From the NCBI GenBank assembly GCA_965204575.1, contig OZ241993.1:544001-608000 (forward strand): a stretch of DNA of 64,000 nucleotides. Direction: 5' to 3'. Shown here piece after piece: positions 60,886 to 64,000 of the stretch (positions are counted from its first letter, which is position 1; each line of letters begins with the position of its first letter). The translations under genes and the position numbers were made by a program. The notes under the pieces are model-generated. The model did no database searches, had not been told where the DNA came from, and saw only the letters and a list, made by a program, of their open reading frames with translations. This stretch comes from an uncultured candidatus Porisulfidus sp. (GTDB lineage: Bacteria; Pseudomonadota; Gammaproteobacteria; Poriferisulfidales; Poriferisulfidaceae).

Positions 60886-61112
60886 ATTATTAGCTCGTTA
60901 AACTAAATGTCAACTGTCATGTCGTCCTGATGCCCTGAGGCCGAGTGCCATCTTTAATGAGTCTGCATTGAACTGCCTCGCCGTTGTTCCGGGCAAATTC
61001 CAGTTCTTCGGCAGAGTGTTTTGTCCAGCGAAATTTGCCAATTTCCCCACTTCCGGGGAAAATACGCACCCTGTCGATGACCCCACCTGAAAACCCTTCT
61101 TCTTCCGGGCCG

Positions 61113-63113
61113 ATGCCTGCACCGCGAACGCTGGCCAACGCCATTCGGGCGTTGAGCATGGATGCTGTCGAACAAGCCGCTTCCGGCCATCCCGGCATGC
61201 CGATGGGAATGGCGGATATCGCGGAAGTCCTGTGGCGTCGGCACCTCAGGCACAACCCTGCCAACCCCAACTGGCCGGACCGGGACCGCTTCGTGGTCTC
61301 CAACGGGCACGGCTCCATGCTGCTGTACAGCCTGCTGCATCTGACCGGCTATCCGCTGGCGATGGAAGAACTTCAGGCCTTCCGCCAGTTGCACTCGCGC
61401 ACGCCCGGCCACCCGGAGCTTGACCGGGACATCGGGGTCGAGACCACGACCGGCCCGCTGGGCCAGGGGCTGGCCAACGCGGTCGGGATGGCGCTGGCGG
61501 AGCGGTTGCTGGCCGACCGCTACAACCATGACGGGCACGAGGTGGTCAACCACCGGACCTATGTGTTCGCGGGCGACGGATGCTTGATGGAAGGGGTTTC
61601 GCACGAGGCGTGCAGCCTGGCCGGCACGCTCCGCCTGGGCAAGTTGATCGTGTTCTACGACGACAACGGCATCTCGATTGATGGCGAGACCAAGGGCTGG
61701 TTCACCGACGATACGGCCGGGCGCTTCTCTGCCTACGGCTGGCACGTGATCCCGGGCATCGACGGGCATGATCCGGAGGCGGTGGACCGGGCCATTCGCG
61801 AAGCCCAGGCCGACCCCCGGCCGTCGTTCCTTTGCTGCCGGACCGTGATCGGTTACGGCGCACCGCAGAAGCAGGGCACTGCAGATACGCACGGCGCTCC
61901 GCTTGGCGCCGAGGAAGTGGCGCGGGCGCGAGAAACCCTGGACTGGCCCCACCCTCCGTTCGAGGTTCCGGGCGAAATTCACGAAGCCTGGGACGCCCGG
62001 GAGAAGGGCGCGGAACTGGAGTCCCAATGGCGGGCGCGAATGGATGATTATGCCGCCCGTTGCCCGGACGATGCGACCGAACTGGCCCGGCGCCTGGAAG
62101 GCGACTTGCCGGAGGCGTTCACGGAGGCGATTGACGCCCATATCAGGAACCAGCTAATGGAGCCGGCGAAAGCGGCGACCCGCAAGCATTCCGGGAACAC
62201 CCTGGATGCGATTGCCGGCAGCCTGCCGGAACTGATCGGCGGCTCGGCGGACCTGACCGGGTCCAACAACACCCAACCCAAGGGCAGCCGTGCGGTCAGC
62301 GCGGACGAGTCCGGCACCTACATCTACTACGGGGTCCGGGAGTTCGGCATGGGGGCGGTGATGAACGGTTTGGCCCTGCACGGTGGGTTCATCCCGTATG
62401 GCGGAACCTTCCTGACGTTCTCCGACTACGCCCGAAACTCTATCCGCATGGCGGCGCTGATGCACCAACAGGTGATTTTCGTCCTGACGCACGATTCCAT
62501 CGGCCTGGGCGAGGACGGCCCGACCCACCAGGCGGTGGAGCATCTGGCGAGCCTCAGGCTGATTCCGGAGCTCGAAGTCTGGCGACCGGCCGATGCCGTG
62601 GAGACCGCAGTCGCCTGGAAGTGTGCGCTGCAGCCCGGGAACGGGCCGACTGCATTGGCGCTGTCGCGCCAGTCCGTGGCGCAACTGGAGCATACCCCGG
62701 AAACTGTCGCGCTATCCGCGCGCGGTGGGTACGTGCTGGCGGATTCGGACGGCCCACCGGAACTGATTTTGCTTGCCACCGGGTCCGAAGTCGGGCTGGC
62801 CGTCGAATGTGCCGCGGCTCTGGACGGAATCCGGACACGGGTCGTGTCGATGCCCTGCATGGAACAGTTTGCCCGACAGGATCCGGGCTACCAGGAACAG
62901 GTCCTGCCGAGCGAGGTATCTGCCCGGATCGCGGTCGAGGCGGGAGTCAGCGCGCCGTGGCACCGCTGGATAGGACCGCAAGGACGCGTGTTGGGGGTCG
63001 AGGAATTCGGCCATTCGGCACCAGGCGCCCGGGTGATGGAACACTTCGGGTTTACCGTGGAAAACTTGACAACGATGGCCCGGGAAATGTTGGGTCAGGG
63101 AGTGACAGCATGA
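61113..63113 (+). CDS. tkt: Transketolase
   Basis: [40 protein letters not shown]. Start is 61113 or 61077. Confidence 0.97.
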   Translation: MPAPRTLANAIRALSMDAVEQAASGHPGMPMGMADIAEVLWRRHLRHNPANPNWPDRDRFVVSNGHGSMLLYSLLHLTGYPLAMEELQAFRQLHSRTPGHPELDRDIGVETTTGPLGQGLANAVGMALAERLLADRYNHDGHEVVNHRTYVFAGDGCLMEGVSHEACSLAGTLRLGKLIVFYDDNGISIDGETKGWFTDDTAGRFSAYGWHVIPGIDGHDPEAVDRAIREAQADPRPSFLCCRTVIGYGAPQKQGTADTHGAPLGAEEVARARETLDWPHPPFEVPGEIHEAWDAREKGAELESQWRARMDDYAARCPDDATELARRLEGDLPEAFTEAIDAHIRNQLMEPAKAATRKHSGNTLDAIAGSLPELIGGSADLTGSNNTQPKGSRAVSADESGTYIYYGVREFGMGAVMNGLALHGGFIPYGGTFLTFSDYARNSIRMAALMHQQVIFVLTHDSIGLGEDGPTHQAVEHLASLRLIPELEVWRPADAVETAVAWKCALQPGNGPTALALSRQSVAQLEHTPETVALSARGGYVLADSDGPPELILLATGSEVGLAVECAAALDGIRTRVVSMPCMEQFARQDPGYQEQVLPSEVSARIAVEAGVSAPWHRWIGPQGRVLGVEEFGHSAPGARVMEHFGFTVENLTTMAREMLGQGVTA

Positions 63114-64000
63114 GCATTCGCGTAGGAATCAACGGCTATGGACGCATTGGGCGCAACATCCTGCGGGCCCTTTACGAAGCCGGGCGGCAGGATGAAATCA
63201 GCATTGTTGCCATCAACGACATCGGCGACTTGGAGGTCAGCGCGCACCTGACCCGCTACGACTCGGCGCATGGGCCGTTCAACCTGAATGTGCAGGCCGA
63301 TGGAGACGCCATGATGGTGGGAGGCGACCGCATCCGGTTCACCGCCTGCCGCAACCCGGCGGATATTCCCTGGAAAGAGTCGGAAGTGGATGTGGTGATC
63401 GAGTCGACCGGGCTTTTTGCGTCGCGCGAGAAGTCGCGAGGCCATCTGGAAGCAGGCGCGCCCCGGGTGCTGATCTCGGCTCCGGCCGGCAAGGACGTGG
63501 ATGCGACCGTGGTGTATGGCGTCAACCACGACCAGTTGGGCCCGGATCACGTCGTGGTCTCCAATGCTTCCTGCACGACGAACTGTCTGGCGCCCCTGGC
63601 CAAGGTCCTGATGGAATCGGTCGGCATCGAGTCCGGCATCATGACCACCATCCATTCGTATACCAACGACCAGGTGTTGACGGACGTGGCGCACAGCGAC
63701 CTGCGCCGGGCCCGTTCGGCCACGCAGTCAATGATTCCGACCGCGACCGGCGCGGCGCGGGCGGTCGGCCTGGTGCTGCCGGAACTCGACGGCCGCCTGG
63801 ACGGATTCGCCATCCGCGTGCCGACCATCAACGTTTCGGTGGTGGACTTGAGCTTCGTGGCCAGTCGGGAGACGAACGCGGAAGAAGTCAACGCGGCCGT
63901 GCGCGTGGCAGCCGAGGGGCCGCTGGAAGGCGTTTTGGCGTACAGCGAGGATCCCCTGGTTTCGATCGACTTCAACCACAGCTCGGCGTCGTCCTCGCTC
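63110..64000 (+). CDS. gap: Glyceraldehyde-3-phosphate dehydrogenase (type I), truncated by the window end
   Basis: Translated by hand: [38 protein letters not shown]. Confidence 0.93.
   Translation, partial: MSIRVGINGYGRIGRNILRALYEAGRQDEISIVAINDIGDLEVSAHLTRYDSAHGPFNLNVQADGDAMMVGGDRIRFTACRNPADIPWKESEVDVVIESTGLFASREKSRGHLEAGAPRVLISAPAGKDVDATVVYGVNHDQLGPDHVVVSNASCTTNCLAPLAKVLMESVGIESGIMTTIHSYTNDQVLTDVAHSDLRRARSATQSMIPTATGAARAVGLVLPELDGRLDGFAIRVPTINVSVVDLSFVASRETNAEEVNAAVRVAAEGPLEGVLAYSEDPLVSIDFNHSSASSSL

Noticed and set aside
63110-64000. Erythrose-4-phosphate dehydrogenase (epd)
   Set aside because: HSYTNDQ matches GAPDH rather than the Epd-type HSAM motif.

Overview
GC-rich proteobacterial chromosome segment, probably a gammaproteobacterium, inferred from the nuo, tkt and gap sequence style. 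Core genes: a complete nuoA-N operon, acs, an RND pump, ppi, tkt-gap and three tRNAs (Val-GAC, Thr-CGT, Glu-CTC). One-carbon/methylotrophy genes: a serine-cycle cluster (sga-mcl-mtkA-mtkB-hydroxypyruvate/glyoxylate reductase-ppc, then mtdA) and a separate operon encoding 5-formyl-THF cyclo-ligase, a formyltransferase (Ftr) and FolD. Several AT-richer defence patches lie between the core genes: three restriction-modification pairs (one ClaI/BseCI-like), AIPR, an AAA+/DUF4143 ATPase, and HEPN-MNT, Phd-VapC and StbDE-like toxin-antitoxin pairs. Two unnamed two-gene modules have palindromes just upstream: coiled-coil/wHTH + HEPN-like, and small protein + retropepsin. No integrase, transposase or CRISPR array was seen. 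The best candidates for new biology are the cyclo-ligase/Ftr/FolD operon as a possible formate-independent link between H4MPT/methylofuran and folate C1 pools, the two unnamed modules, and a poly-C tract plus palindrome upstream of a surface subtilase. Family assignments come from motif recognition by eye, not database searches.
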